Source of the DNA: an uncultured Lachnospiraceae bacterium | Lineage (GTDB): Bacteria; Bacillota; Clostridia; Lachnospirales; Lachnospiraceae | Assembly: GCA_947626945.1 (NCBI GenBank) | Contig: CANQUC010000001.1 | Coordinates: 33,365 to 97,364, forward strand | DNA: 64,000 nt | Reading direction: 5' to 3' | Part shown: positions 1 to 9,677 of the stretch, one piece after another | How positions within the stretch are numbered: the stretch's first letter is position 1 | How the letters are laid out: each line of letters opens with the position of its first letter | The notes under the pieces: model-generated | Told to the model about the DNA's origin: nothing | The model's database searches: none | What the model saw: only the letters and a program-made list of their open reading frames with translations | Made by a program: the position numbers and the translations under genes

Positions 1-1
1 C

Positions 2-1366
2 AAGACGATCACCTTAAAGGTGCTTGCGGAATCATTCAGTGACTGCGGCGTGCCGGTGTTTCTGGCGGATGCCAAAGGAGACCTGGCCAGTATGTGCCAG
101 CCGGGCGCGGACACGGAAGACATGCAGAAACGGATTCAAAAATACGGTCTGGAGGGATTTGATTACAAGGCGTATCCCACCTGCCTGTGGGATATTTACG
201 GACAGGGCGGACATCCTTTGCGGACCACTGTCAGCGAGATGGGACCGGAGCTGCTGGCCCGCCTTTTGAACCTGAACGATACCCAGACGGATGTGCTGTC
301 CATTGCGTTCCGCATTGCGGACGATCATCAGATGCTGTTGCTGGATCTGAAAGATCTGCGGGCTATGCTGGAATACATCGGAACCGATCCCGGACAGTTT
401 TCCACTACATACGGAAATATTACCAAACAAAGCGTCGGCGCCATTTCCAGAAGCCTGGTGCGCCTGGAGGATGAGGGAGGTCAGCAGTTTTTTGGAGAGC
501 CTGCCCTGGATCTGAAAGACTGGATGCGGCTGTCCGAATCCGGCAGCGGATACATCAACGTGCTGGACTGTACAAAGCTGATCCATTCGCCGGTGCTGTA
601 TTCTACGTTTCTGCTGTGGCTTCTCTCCGAACTGTTTGAGATGCTGCCGGAGGCGGGAGACCTGGAAAAGCCCAGGATGGTGTTCTTCTTTGACGAAGCG
701 CATATGCTGTTCAGCGACGCGCCCAAGGCGCTGCTTGATAAAGTGGAGCAGACGGTAAAGCTGATCCGCTCCAAGGGCGTGGGTATCTACTTTATTACCC
801 AAAGCCCCTCCGACATCCCCGACGGGGTACTGTCCCAGCTGGGCAACCGGGTGCAGCATGCTCTGCGGGCCTATACGCCTGCGGATCAGAAAGCGGTGAA
901 AGCCGCGGCCCAGTCTTTCCGGGTGAATCCGGACTTTGACACGCAGCAGGTGATCACGGAACTGGGAGTGGGAGAAGCGCTGATTTCTTTTCTGGATGGA
1001 GAAGGCGTGCCGGGCATTGTGCAGCGGTGTCATGTGCTGCCGCCTCAGAGCCGCATGGGCGCCGTTACGGAAGAAGAGCGCCGGACCTGCATGATGAAAG
1101 ATCCCTGCGGTCCGAAGTACGATACCATGGTAGACCGGGAATCCGCGTTTGAGCTTTTGCAGAAGCGGTTCCGGGAAGAAGAGGAAAAACAGCAGGCGGA
1201 AAAAGAAGCAAAGGAACAGGCCGCAAAGGAAGCGCAGGAAGAAAAGCAGCGGGAAAAAGTTCTTGCGCCATTTACCAAAACCCTTTCCAGCATGTTCAGC
1301 ACAGTGGGCAGAGAGGTAGGCCGGGATCTTGTGCGGGGCCTTTTTGGAAATCTGAAGAAAAAATAA
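2..1366 (+). CDS. DUF853/HerA-like P-loop NTPase (YjgR family), 5' end cut by window edge
   Basis: Frame is open from nt 2, with no stop before the listed ATG at 20. '[14 protein letters not shown]' (Walker-B-like) and '[13 protein letters not shown]' are typical of DUF853 ATPases. Lys/Glu-rich tail; a hairpin terminator follows. Confidence 0.75.
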   Translation, partial: KTITLKVLAESFSDCGVPVFLADAKGDLASMCQPGADTEDMQKRIQKYGLEGFDYKAYPTCLWDIYGQGGHPLRTTVSEMGPELLARLLNLNDTQTDVLSIAFRIADDHQMLLLDLKDLRAMLEYIGTDPGQFSTTYGNITKQSVGAISRSLVRLEDEGGQQFFGEPALDLKDWMRLSESGSGYINVLDCTKLIHSPVLYSTFLLWLLSELFEMLPEAGDLEKPRMVFFFDEAHMLFSDAPKALLDKVEQTVKLIRSKGVGIYFITQSPSDIPDGVLSQLGNRVQHALRAYTPADQKAVKAAAQSFRVNPDFDTQQVITELGVGEALISFLDGEGVPGIVQRCHVLPPQSRMGAVTEEERRTCMMKDPCGPKYDTMVDRESAFELLQKRFREEEEKQQAEKEAKEQAAKEAQEEKQREKVLAPFTKTLSSMFSTVGREVGRDLVRGLFGNLKKK

Positions 1367-1370
1367 AAAA

Positions 1371-1422
1371 AGAAAGTATCCCTCCGGTCAGCTCAAATGA
1401 CTTTTGGGATACTTTCTTTTTT
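1371..1422 (+). terminator. Rho-independent terminator
   Basis: 12-bp perfect stem agaaagtatccc (1371-1382) / gggatactttct (1406-1417), followed by a T-run, 5 nt after the stop codon. Confidence 0.8.
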
Positions 1423-1576
1423 ATGATCTGTCAGTCTTTAAAGATCCATACCTGTGACAGAGCCTCTCCGCCTGCGAAATGTCATTTTCTAAAAAAACAC
1501 AACGGATCTTCCATTGATTATTCAGAAGAATATCTGATCTGGGAAAAAATGTTAAGTGAAAGGCAGTAAGGAATTG

Positions 1577-1605
1577 TTGCAGTTCTCTCAATTTGCTGAT
1601 ATACT
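1577..1605 (+). promoter_or_regulatory. Sigma-A type promoter (extended -10)
   Basis: TTGCAG (1577-1582), 17-nt spacer, TGaTATACT (-10 at 1600-1605). Its position argues that the downstream ATG at 1636, not 1609, is the real start. Confidence 0.5.
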
Positions 1606-1635
1606 GAAATGGCAAAACCAGAAAGGAAACCGGAA

Positions 1636-4545
1636 ATGCAAGAAAAGCGGAAACGAAAAAAATACATATGGCTATTTTTCCTGTGTATGGGAACAGCGCT
1701 TATGCTGTGCGCTCATTTTGCCGTCAAAACAGCCGCGTCAGATTCTGAAAAGAGCAGGACTGTGCGAGTGGCTTTCTTTCCCATGGAAGGCTACCATGAA
1801 CGCGCCCTGGACGGCAGCTATTCCGGTATGGACGCGGAATATCTGGAAGCATTGTCCGCCTATACCCAGTGGAATATCCAGTATGTGGAATGCCAGAGCT
1901 GGGATCATGCGCTGGAGATGCTGCTGGAGAAACAGGTGGATCTGGTGGGCTCCGCCCAGTATTCCCAAAGCCGCGCGGAGATCTACGCCTATTCTGATCT
2001 TCCGGCAGGCTACACTTTCGGGGCTATTGCCGTAAATGATCAAAGTCCCATTGCCTACGAGGATTTCCGGGCTATGAAAGACTGCACCTTTGGCGTGGTA
2101 AAAACCTATGTGCGGAAAGCGGAATTCCTGGAATATCTGGCAGACAACGGGGTGACAGATCCTCATATCAAAGAATACGAAGATACCGCCCGGCTGCATG
2201 AGGCGCTGGATAACGGCCAGGTGGACGCCATTGTACATACGTTTATGGAAATCAGGGACGGACAGCGGATCATCGGCCGCTTTTCTCCGGCGCCCTATTA
2301 TTATATTTCCTACCGGGACAATCAGGGACTGATTAAGGAACTGAACAGAGCCCTTTCTGACCTGAAAATGTCCGATCCCGGTCTGGAAAACAGTCTGATG
2401 AGCAAATACTACAGTGACCGGCTCAGTCAGAAAGAAGTGCTTTCCCTGGATGAAAAGGAGTACGCGCAAAACAAACAGGTGCTGCGGGTACTGTATCCGG
2501 GCGACTGCTATCCTTTCTGCTATGAGGAGGACGGCCGGCTGCTGGGAATGTCCAGAACTTTGCTGGAAGAAGTAAAGATGCTTACCGGCATGAACCTGGA
2601 TTTTGAAAAGGTTGAAAGCCTGCAGCAGGCAGAAAAAATGCTTCAGGAGGGGGACGGGGATCTTCTTGCCTATTGCACGGAGGATGAAGACCGGCTGGAG
2701 AGCGCAGGTCTTACGGCAGCCAAAATTTACGGCACGGTGCCGCTTGCCCTTGTTGTGCCTGAGGGAAAACTGTCCGGGAATATCCGTACTATGGTCACCT
2801 CCGTGGAAGTGGCGGATCCCAAGAGCCTGATCGACGGCGCGGAAGATTTAAAGATCATAAGCCGGGAAGACGACAGGGCATGTATGGACGCGCTGATAAA
2901 AAAGGAAGCGGACGTTGCCCTCTGCAGCAGTTATCTTTCCGAGTACCTGATCAGCCGGGAACCGGGATTTGAAAAACTGGAACTGCAGAGGATCCTTCAG
3001 GAGGAACTGCAGGTGAGCGTGGTGGTTTCCAAATACGCGGATCCGGCTCTTGCCGGAATCCTGGAAAAATCTCTGGGAACCATCAGCGATAAGGAAGTAA
3101 ACGGATACATTCTGCAAAATTCAGGGAGCAGACAGTTTACCCTGTCCCAGTGGATTCATGACAACAGCCTGGCCATCGTGGCAGTCATTGCCGTCACGCT
3201 GCTGATCCTGCTTTTGGTTCTGATGAAAATGCTGGTTGACAGCAGAAAGATCCGCAATCTCATGTATCGGGATCCGGAAATGGACATCTGGAACCTGAAC
3301 TATTTTACCTATTGGGGCGAACGGTATCTGGCATCGGAGAAAAGCAGGTTTGGGATCGTCTACATGAACATTGTGCAGTTTAAGCTTTACAATACCATTT
3401 ACGGATGGGTGGCGGGCAATAAGCTTCTGCATGCCATGGCCCATGTTCTGGAGGCACAGCTTCAGGGAAAGCGGGAGCTTTACGCCAGAAGCCAGGGCGA
3501 CCGTTTTGTGATGATGCTGTCAGCGGAACTGCCGGAGATCTTTGAGACCCGGCTGCAGGAGCTGCGCCGGAAACTGGAGGAAAGCCTGTGCCGGGAATCC
3601 GGTCTGCATATGGAGATCCGGTTTGGCGTATATTATCCGGAGCTGGAAAACAGGGATATCAAGCATGCGCTCAGTATGGCCAACTATGCCCTGGAATCCG
3701 CCCATGACAAAGCCGGCGGCTACATTCAGATCTACGACGGCCAGATGCAGCAGAAAGAAAAAGAGCGTCACCAGCGGGAAGAACTTTTAAAGTCCGCCGA
3801 TATTCAGAAAGACTTTCTTGTGTACTACCAGGCAAAGACCGATATTCGCACGGGCAAAATCGTAGGGGCGGAGGCCCTTGTGCGGTTTGTGGATCCAAAT
3901 GACGGCACGGTGCGGTCACCGGGATTTTTCATTTCCTATTACGAAGAGACAGACCAGATTACCAAGATCGACTTTTTTGTACTGGAAACCGTTTGCAAAA
4001 TGCTTCGAAAAAGGCTGGACGAAGGCCGGCCGGTGGTTCCGGTTTCCTGTAACTTCTCCAGAAAGCATTTTGGTTCCACGGGCTTCGCCGACAAAATGGA
4101 AGACATGCTGAACGCCTATGGCATCCCCAGGGAACTGGTTGAGGCGGAGATTACGGAGACAGTCATTATGGAGCAGCTGCAGCAAAATCATCTTCAGGAG
4201 AATATTGAAAGCCTGCGCCAGAAAAACATCCGGCTGTCCATTGACGACTTTGGTTCCGGCTATTCCTCTCTTGGAGTGTTTGAGCAGGTGCCTGCCTCCG
4301 CCATCAAAATGGACCGTTCGTTTTTGTTGAATCATACGGACAGAGAGCGCCAGGTGACCATTATGAAAAGCATTGTAAACCTGGCAGGCGCCCTGGACGC
4401 CCAGGTGATCTGCGAGGGCGTGGAGACAGAGCAGGACGTGGAGCTGATGAAAGAAGTGGGCGCGTACATTGCCCAGGGATTCTATTTCGCAAGACCCATA
4501 CCGGAAAATCAGTTTGAGGACCGGCTGGATGGGGAGCAGCAGTAA
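1636..4545 (+). CDS. Membrane sensor c-di-GMP phosphodiesterase: 2x periplasmic solute-binding (SBP_bac_3-like) domains, TM, degenerate GGDEF, EAL
   Basis: EAL-domain motifs are all present: 'EALVRF', 'EITE', 'DDFGSGYSSL', 'KMDRSF', 'EGVETE', 'AQGFYFARP'. The GGDEF site reads 'SQGDRF'. N-terminal TM plus a second TM ('LAIVAVIAVTLLILLLVLM'). AAAGGA RBS lies 7 nt before ATG 1636; the in-frame ATG at 1609 has no RBS. Confidence 0.85.
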   Translation: MQEKRKRKKYIWLFFLCMGTALMLCAHFAVKTAASDSEKSRTVRVAFFPMEGYHERALDGSYSGMDAEYLEALSAYTQWNIQYVECQSWDHALEMLLEKQVDLVGSAQYSQSRAEIYAYSDLPAGYTFGAIAVNDQSPIAYEDFRAMKDCTFGVVKTYVRKAEFLEYLADNGVTDPHIKEYEDTARLHEALDNGQVDAIVHTFMEIRDGQRIIGRFSPAPYYYISYRDNQGLIKELNRALSDLKMSDPGLENSLMSKYYSDRLSQKEVLSLDEKEYAQNKQVLRVLYPGDCYPFCYEEDGRLLGMSRTLLEEVKMLTGMNLDFEKVESLQQAEKMLQEGDGDLLAYCTEDEDRLESAGLTAAKIYGTVPLALVVPEGKLSGNIRTMVTSVEVADPKSLIDGAEDLKIISREDDRACMDALIKKEADVALCSSYLSEYLISREPGFEKLELQRILQEELQVSVVVSKYADPALAGILEKSLGTISDKEVNGYILQNSGSRQFTLSQWIHDNSLAIVAVIAVTLLILLLVLMKMLVDSRKIRNLMYRDPEMDIWNLNYFTYWGERYLASEKSRFGIVYMNIVQFKLYNTIYGWVAGNKLLHAMAHVLEAQLQGKRELYARSQGDRFVMMLSAELPEIFETRLQELRRKLEESLCRESGLHMEIRFGVYYPELENRDIKHALSMANYALESAHDKAGGYIQIYDGQMQQKEKERHQREELLKSADIQKDFLVYYQAKTDIRTGKIVGAEALVRFVDPNDGTVRSPGFFISYYEETDQITKIDFFVLETVCKMLRKRLDEGRPVVPVSCNFSRKHFGSTGFADKMEDMLNAYGIPRELVEAEITETVIMEQLQQNHLQENIESLRQKNIRLSIDDFGSGYSSLGVFEQVPASAIKMDRSFLLNHTDRERQVTIMKSIVNLAGALDAQVICEGVETEQDVELMKEVGAYIAQGFYFARPIPENQFEDRLDGEQQ

Positions 4546-4591
4546 GACAGTTGAGACCGGCAGAAAAAAGAAAGGAAAGGTGTAAGAAACC

Positions 4592-7150
4592 ATGCGAGGA
4601 AACATGAAAAAAATGACCGCGTTTATTGCGGCGGCGGTCATGATCCTGCTGGGTTGTCTGCAGGGAAACCTGGACGCGCTGACGAAAGGCGTGACGGCAA
4701 AAGCTGCCGGATCTGACTTAAACGGTCTGCTGGACAGGAATGAGCTGGCCGGATGGGCTGCCACAGACGGCAACAAGCTGCAGTGGCTGGAAGGCGGCGT
4801 TGTGGGCGGCGGAGACGCCGCGCCGGTTACCGTGACTAATCGGGATGATTTTATAAAGGCGGTCAGCGACGACACACCCCGGGTTGTAATCGTTTCGGGA
4901 CAGATCCAGGCCATGACCAGCGGCGGATCCGCCATTGACATCGGCAGCAACAAGACCATAGTGGGCGCCGATGAAAACGCGGCCTTAAACGGCGGCATCA
5001 ACATCAAAAACAAAAGCAACATCATCGTCAGCAATCTGGTGATGAAAGGGTGCCTGAAAGAGCCCAGGACCCCTGACGACGTGATCAATGTGGAGGGCAG
5101 GAACGCTCATCACATCTGGTTCAATCACCTGGATATTTCCGACGGCGGCGACGGCAATCTGGATATTAAGTCGGAGGCCAGCTATATTACCGTGTCCTGG
5201 TGTAAATTTTCCTATTCTACCAGCAGCCATGATCACCGGCTTTCCTGCCTGATCAGCTCCGGCGCGGGAGACCATGACGAGGACTACGGACATCTGAAAG
5301 TGACCTACCACCACAACTGGTTCGCGGACAACGTAAGAGAGCGGATGCCCCGGGTTATGTACGGCAGAGCTCATATATACAACAATTATTACACCTGCAA
5401 AAATGACCTGTACTGTATCGGCGTGGACTGCTACGCGGCGGTGCTTATTGAAAACAATTACTTCCAGAATGTGAACAATCCCCATGAATTTTCGTATCCT
5501 TATCCGGAGAATAAGGGCAATTCTCAGCCGGCCCATATTACTGCAAGGGGAAATCAGTATGACAATACTTCCGGAAAGAAAGAAACCGGAGACAAGCCCA
5601 ATGTGCCCGGCGCGGTGCAGCCCTTTGACCAGGCGCCCTATGAGTACTGGCTGGATGAGGCGGAAGATGTGCCCGCGCTGGTAACAGCAAACGCCGGACC
5701 CAGAAACGCGGATCCGGACAGATCTCCTGTACCCACGGCAACGCCCATGCCCAGCACGGAGCCTGGGGACAAGCCTGAGCCAAAACCCACTTTGGATCCC
5801 AGCCCTACGCCCAAGCCCGCGGCCACAAACGCCGCGCCCAAGCAGGTGACGGACAGCCAGCGGGGAACGGTATGGGAGTTCCAGGGACAAAATTCCGATA
5901 AGACCAACGGGCAGGTGACAGTGGAAAATCCCTTTGCCGGAATGGATCTTTCGGAGACGCCCTCTTATTCCGGCCGGTATCCTTCCTGGAAAAAAGGCGT
6001 GACCCTGACTTTCTGGGAATATGTGCCCTCCGACGTCAGCGCCGAGGGTGTGGCGCTTTCCTTCTCCGGTACTCACCAGGCGGTCAAGTCTCTGGACTGG
6101 ACTCTTCACTACGAGGGAGAGGAAGGATATGAAAACCGCTTTGAGGACAACGGCGGAACCTACAGCCTGATGCGGGAAGGCAACGTGCGCAGCGGACTGC
6201 AGATCAGCACCTTTGGCAGCATCGGATTTTCTGAGGACGACTGCGTATCCGGCTGGAACATCAATCCCTACTCAGGCGAATACGGCCTGCAGATGGATTT
6301 CCAGCAGAAAAATTATTATTATATTTTTGGAAACAAATCCGGCACAAAACATCCCCTTTACTCCGGCAGAGGAAAATGGCATTTTGTGGCCATGGTGATC
6401 CAGAACGACGGGATCGACACCTATGTGGACGGCACGAAGACAGAAAATACCCAGTACAACGTCTGGGGCGACACAAAGTTTACCATTGCGAAAAACGGCA
6501 TATATGTAGGCGGCCAGTCCTTTAACCGGGGTTACGGCTGGAAAGGGGCCTACCGGGAAAGCAATCCCTCCGCTGTCTACAGCCATGGCATGGATCTTCT
6601 GGATTTTCTGTCCCTGGACAATACGCAGCTGACCATTGGCGGCAAAGCGGGCCTGTGGGATACGCTGGCGATGAATGACTTTACCACGCCAAAGGGCGTC
6701 CGCATCGGTCAGGTAAGCGGTTATGGACGGATGCTTTCCCAGCAGGAGATCAAAAATCTGATGAACGGGACGGAGCCGGAGCCCTCCGAGGATGTAAAGC
6801 CCTCAGAGGATGTGAAACCCTCTGAAGACGTAAAACCCTCCGAGGACGTGAAACCCTCCGAGGACGTAAAGCCCTCCGAGGACGTGAAACCCTCCGAGGA
6901 CGTAAAGCCCTCCGAGGACGTGAAACCCTCCGAGGACGTGAGAGTTGCCGGCGACGCCGATCTGAACGGCAAGGTGGAAGTGGGAGACGCCATCGCGGTG
7001 CTGAAACATCTTGTGAAGCTGCAGGAGTTTACTTCCCGGCAGCTGAAAAACGCAAATGTACATCCTGACGTCCAGCCCGACCAGATCACGGTTCAGGACG
7101 CCATTGATATCCTGAAATATGTGGTAAAACTCATCGGTCAGCTTCCCTGA
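4592..7150 (+). CDS. Secreted PL1-family pectate lyase with LamG-like module, (PSEDVK)9 linker and C-terminal dockerin
   Basis: PL1 signatures 'HIWFNHLDISDGGDGNLD' and 'RMPRVMYGRAHIYNNYY'. Signal peptide with lipobox-like 'LLGC'. Pro/Thr linker. Dockerin repeats 'DADLNGKVEVGDAIAVLKHLVKL' and '...ITVQDAIDILKYVVKL'. Confidence 0.85.
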   Translation: MRGNMKKMTAFIAAAVMILLGCLQGNLDALTKGVTAKAAGSDLNGLLDRNELAGWAATDGNKLQWLEGGVVGGGDAAPVTVTNRDDFIKAVSDDTPRVVIVSGQIQAMTSGGSAIDIGSNKTIVGADENAALNGGINIKNKSNIIVSNLVMKGCLKEPRTPDDVINVEGRNAHHIWFNHLDISDGGDGNLDIKSEASYITVSWCKFSYSTSSHDHRLSCLISSGAGDHDEDYGHLKVTYHHNWFADNVRERMPRVMYGRAHIYNNYYTCKNDLYCIGVDCYAAVLIENNYFQNVNNPHEFSYPYPENKGNSQPAHITARGNQYDNTSGKKETGDKPNVPGAVQPFDQAPYEYWLDEAEDVPALVTANAGPRNADPDRSPVPTATPMPSTEPGDKPEPKPTLDPSPTPKPAATNAAPKQVTDSQRGTVWEFQGQNSDKTNGQVTVENPFAGMDLSETPSYSGRYPSWKKGVTLTFWEYVPSDVSAEGVALSFSGTHQAVKSLDWTLHYEGEEGYENRFEDNGGTYSLMREGNVRSGLQISTFGSIGFSEDDCVSGWNINPYSGEYGLQMDFQQKNYYYIFGNKSGTKHPLYSGRGKWHFVAMVIQNDGIDTYVDGTKTENTQYNVWGDTKFTIAKNGIYVGGQSFNRGYGWKGAYRESNPSAVYSHGMDLLDFLSLDNTQLTIGGKAGLWDTLAMNDFTTPKGVRIGQVSGYGRMLSQQEIKNLMNGTEPEPSEDVKPSEDVKPSEDVKPSEDVKPSEDVKPSEDVKPSEDVKPSEDVKPSEDVRVAGDADLNGKVEVGDAIAVLKHLVKLQEFTSRQLKNANVHPDVQPDQITVQDAIDILKYVVKLIGQLP
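6782..6943 (+). repeat. In-frame 18-bp tandem repeat x9 encoding PSEDVK
   Basis: ccc tcN gaR gaY gtR aaR repeated 9 times with only synonymous wobble variation (the last unit is PSEDVR). It lies between the LamG-like module and the dockerin. Confidence 0.95.
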
Positions 7151-7224
7151 TCACAAAAAATCTGAAAAAACCGGGAAAAAAACCGGAAAATAACCAAAAC
7201 AGCGAAAAGAACAAAGAAAAAGAC

Positions 7225-7254
7225 TTGACTGAATCCGCCCACTTATGCTATATT
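7225..7254 (+). promoter_or_regulatory. Sigma-A type promoter upstream of rpmG-secE-nusG
   Basis: TTGACT (7225-7230), 18-nt spacer, TGcTATATT (-10 at 7249-7254). Confidence 0.5.
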
Positions 7255-7359
7255 AGATGGGCGATGAAGTTAGGTCTTTTTTTTATGCCTAAAATTTCTG
7301 AAAAGGTAATCATCCCAACTTGCCTTTTGGAAAGATGAATCAAAGTGGAGGTGGCAATT

Positions 7360-7509
7360 GTGCGTGTAAAAATCACATTGGCGTGTACGGAATGTAAACA
7401 GCGTAATTACAATATGACCAAAGAAAAGAAAAATCATCCGGACAGAATGGAAACAAAAAAGTACTGTAAATTCTGCAAAGCACACACATTACACAAAGAA
7501 ACCAAGTAA
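7360..7509 (+). CDS. rpmG: 50S ribosomal protein L33
   Basis: Not in the ORF track (49 aa). GTG start 6 nt after GGAGGTGG. Translates to [49 protein letters not shown], with CxxC...CxxC zinc-ribbon spacing and the canonical position before secE. Confidence 0.9.
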   Translation: MRVKITLACTECKQRNYNMTKEKKNHPDRMETKKYCKFCKAHTLHKETK

Positions 7510-7537
7510 GGCTGTGTGAGATCGTGAGGAGAAAGAT

Positions 7538-7741
7538 ATGGGAGATAACAGTCAGGAAGTTCAGAAAAAGAGCTTTTTCAAAGGTCTGAAATCCGAGTTC
7601 AGGAAGATCATCTGGCCGGACAGAAAGGATATTGTGAAGCAGACGGCAGTCGTTGTGGCGGTATCCATTATCCTGGGAGTGGTGATCGTGGTGGTGGATC
7701 TGCTGATCAACCGCGGCATCGGCATCCTGGTAAACCTTTAA
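7538..7741 (+). CDS. secE: Preprotein translocase subunit SecE
   Basis: 67 aa. 'EFRKIIWPDRKDIVKQT' followed by a single C-terminal TM helix. Conserved rpmG-secE-nusG order. Confidence 0.9.
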   Translation: MGDNSQEVQKKSFFKGLKSEFRKIIWPDRKDIVKQTAVVVAVSIILGVVIVVVDLLINRGIGILVNL

Positions 7742-7763
7742 GTTCAAAGGGAAAGGTGAAAAA

Positions 7764-8276
7764 ATGGAAGCAAAATGGTTTGTGGTTCACACATATTCCG
7801 GATATGAAAAAAAGGTAAAAGCCAACATCGACAAGACCATTGAAAACAGACACCTGGAAGATCAGATCCTGGAAGTCCGGGTACCCACCCTGGACGTAGT
7901 GGAGGAAAAGAACGGCGTCCGCCGGCAGGTGGAAAAGAAAATGTTTCCCGGTTATGTGCTGGTGCATATGGTCATGAATGACGATACCTGGTTCATTGTC
8001 CGCAACACCAGAGGCGTCACAGGATTTGTAGGACCCGGCTCCAAGCCCATTCCGCTTACCGACGATGAGATCCGTACCCTGGGCATCAAAGTGGCCAATC
8101 TGAAGGTCAACTTTGGGGTGGGCGATACGGTGGCTGTCATCGGCGGCGTATGGAAAGACACCGTAGGGGTCATTCAGTCCATGAATGACGCAAAACAGAC
8201 ATTGATCATCAACGTGGATCTTTTCGGGCGGGAGACGCCGGTGGAGATCAACTATGCAGAAGTGAAAAAAATGTAA
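7764..8276 (+). CDS. nusG: Transcription termination/antitermination factor NusG
   Basis: 'KWFVVHTYSGYEKKV' NGN domain and 'GDTVAVIGGVWKDTVGVI' KOW motif; synteny. Confidence 0.95.
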   Translation: MEAKWFVVHTYSGYEKKVKANIDKTIENRHLEDQILEVRVPTLDVVEEKNGVRRQVEKKMFPGYVLVHMVMNDDTWFIVRNTRGVTGFVGPGSKPIPLTDDEIRTLGIKVANLKVNFGVGDTVAVIGGVWKDTVGVIQSMNDAKQTLIINVDLFGRETPVEINYAEVKKM

Positions 8277-8291
8277 GGAGGCGCGCCTACT

Positions 8292-8717
8292 ATGGCAAAG
8301 AAAGTAACAGGCTATATCAAATTACAGATCCCTGCCGGAAAAGCAACACCGGCACCCCCTGTTGGCCCCGCTCTCGGCCAGCACGGTGTAAACATCGTAC
8401 AGTTTACGAAAGAATTCAACGCGAGAACAGCAGATCAGGGAGATATGATCATTCCGGTAGTCATTACCGTATATTCAGACAGAAGCTTCAGCTTCATCAC
8501 AAAGACTCCCCCCGCTGCAGTGCTGCTGAAAAAGGCATGCAATCTGAAATCCGGTTCGGCGGTTCCCAATAAGAACAAAGTCGCGACCATTTCCAGAGAA
8601 GAGCTGCAGAAGATCGCTGAAATCAAAATGCCGGATCTGAACGCCGCGTCCATAGACGCAGCCATCAGCATGATCGCAGGCACCGCAAGAAGCATGGGGA
8701 TTCAGGTAGCGGACTGA
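8292..8717 (+). CDS. rplK: 50S ribosomal protein L11
   Basis: '[26 protein letters not shown]' is the canonical L11 N-terminus. Confidence 0.97.
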   Translation: MAKKVTGYIKLQIPAGKATPAPPVGPALGQHGVNIVQFTKEFNARTADQGDMIIPVVITVYSDRSFSFITKTPPAAVLLKKACNLKSGSAVPNKNKVATISREELQKIAEIKMPDLNAASIDAAISMIAGTARSMGIQVAD

Positions 8718-8775
8718 TCCCGATTACAGATTCGTGGAAGGGGTGCTCTCCCCGGAGACCACAAGGAGGTTTATA

Positions 8776-9468
8776 ATGAAAAGAGGAAAAAAATATTCAG
8801 AAGCTGCCAAATTGGTAGACCGCGCAGTTCAGTATGAAACAGCTGAGGCCATTGCGCTGGCCAAAAAAGTTTCCGTTGCGAAATTTGACGAGACCATTGA
8901 AGTGCATATCCGTACAGGCTGTGACGGACGTCACGCGGAACAGCAGATCAGGGGCGCTGTGGTACTGCCCCACGGAACCGGCAAAAGCGTGCGGGTTCTG
9001 GTATTCGCAAAGGGTGAAAAGGTGGACGAGGCCACTGCTGCAGGCGCGGATTTCGTAGGCGGCGAGGAGCTGATCCCCAAAATCCAGAACGAAGGATGGC
9101 TGGACTTTGACGTTGTAGTGGCAACTCCCGATATGATGGGCGTGGTAGGCCGTCTGGGCCGGGTGCTGGGACCGAAAGGCCTTATGCCAAACCCCAAGGC
9201 CGGTACTGTGACCATGGATGTGACAAAAGCCATCAAGGATATCAAAGCCGGTAAGATCGAATACCGTCTGGACAAATCAAACATCATTCATGTGCCCATT
9301 GGCAAGGCTTCCTTTACGGAAGAGCAGCTGCAGGACAACTTCCGGACACTGATGGACGCAATCACAAAGGCAAGGCCCAGCGCGCTGAAGGGGCAGTTCT
9401 TAAAGAGCATCACCCTGACGCCGACAATGGGACCCGGCGTAAAAGTCAGCGTGGCGAGATTTTCCTGA
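8776..9468 (+). CDS. rplA: 50S ribosomal protein L1
   Basis: Start moved to the ATG at 8776 (AAGGAGG 6 nt upstream). '[15 protein letters not shown]...' and '[22 protein letters not shown]' are typical of L1. Confidence 0.95.
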   Translation: MKRGKKYSEAAKLVDRAVQYETAEAIALAKKVSVAKFDETIEVHIRTGCDGRHAEQQIRGAVVLPHGTGKSVRVLVFAKGEKVDEATAAGADFVGGEELIPKIQNEGWLDFDVVVATPDMMGVVGRLGRVLGPKGLMPNPKAGTVTMDVTKAIKDIKAGKIEYRLDKSNIIHVPIGKASFTEEQLQDNFRTLMDAITKARPSALKGQFLKSITLTPTMGPGVKVSVARFS

Positions 9469-9473
9469 AATTG

Positions 9474-9502
9474 TTGACAACCCTGACAGATTGTGTTATT
9501 TT
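9474..9502 (+). promoter_or_regulatory. Sigma-A type promoter for the rplJL unit
   Basis: TTGACA (9474-9479), 17-nt spacer, TGtTATTTT (-10 at 9497-9502). Confidence 0.5.
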
Positions 9503-9677
9503 AATACAGCAAACACTGCCGAAGACAGCAGGTGCCGTCCTAAGACGCGCGTAAGTCCTGCCCAGGTAAAGTTCATGAATTATGATCTTACACCCTCTTT
9601 GTCTTTTGGCAAAGAGGGTTTTTTTGTGCAGTGTCTCTGTGCCGCGGCACAGGAATATGAACAAGGAGGTAAGCGTT
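9503..9677 (+). promoter_or_regulatory. rplJ (L10) leader with intrinsic attenuator hairpin
   Basis: About 175-nt untranslated leader before rplJ. Stem ccctctttg (9593-9601) / caaagaggg (9610-9618) plus T7 run (9619-9625) forms a terminator inside the leader, as expected for L10(L12)4 autoregulatory leaders in Firmicutes. Confidence 0.6.

Noticed and set aside
3916-6109. Minus-strand ORFs 3916-5088 (390 aa) and 4985-6109 (374 aa)
   Set aside because: They are antisense to the EAL protein and the pectate lyase, with no motifs.
6782-6943. Regular 18-bp repeats, considered as a possible CRISPR-like or regulatory array
   Set aside because: There are no spacers, the period is a multiple of three, the repeats are in frame within a long ORF, and variation is only synonymous. 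This is a coding linker repeat.
7270-7967. Minus-strand ORFs 7270-7485, 7373-7747 and 7707-7967
   Set aside because: They overlap rpmG, secE and nusG on the opposite strand, and there is no support beyond being open frames.
9582-9677. Longer rplJ ORF starting at 9582
   Set aside because: The extra 32 codons run through the leader's terminator hairpin and T-run. The TTG at 9678 has a perfect AAGGAGG RBS and gives the canonical L10 N-terminus.
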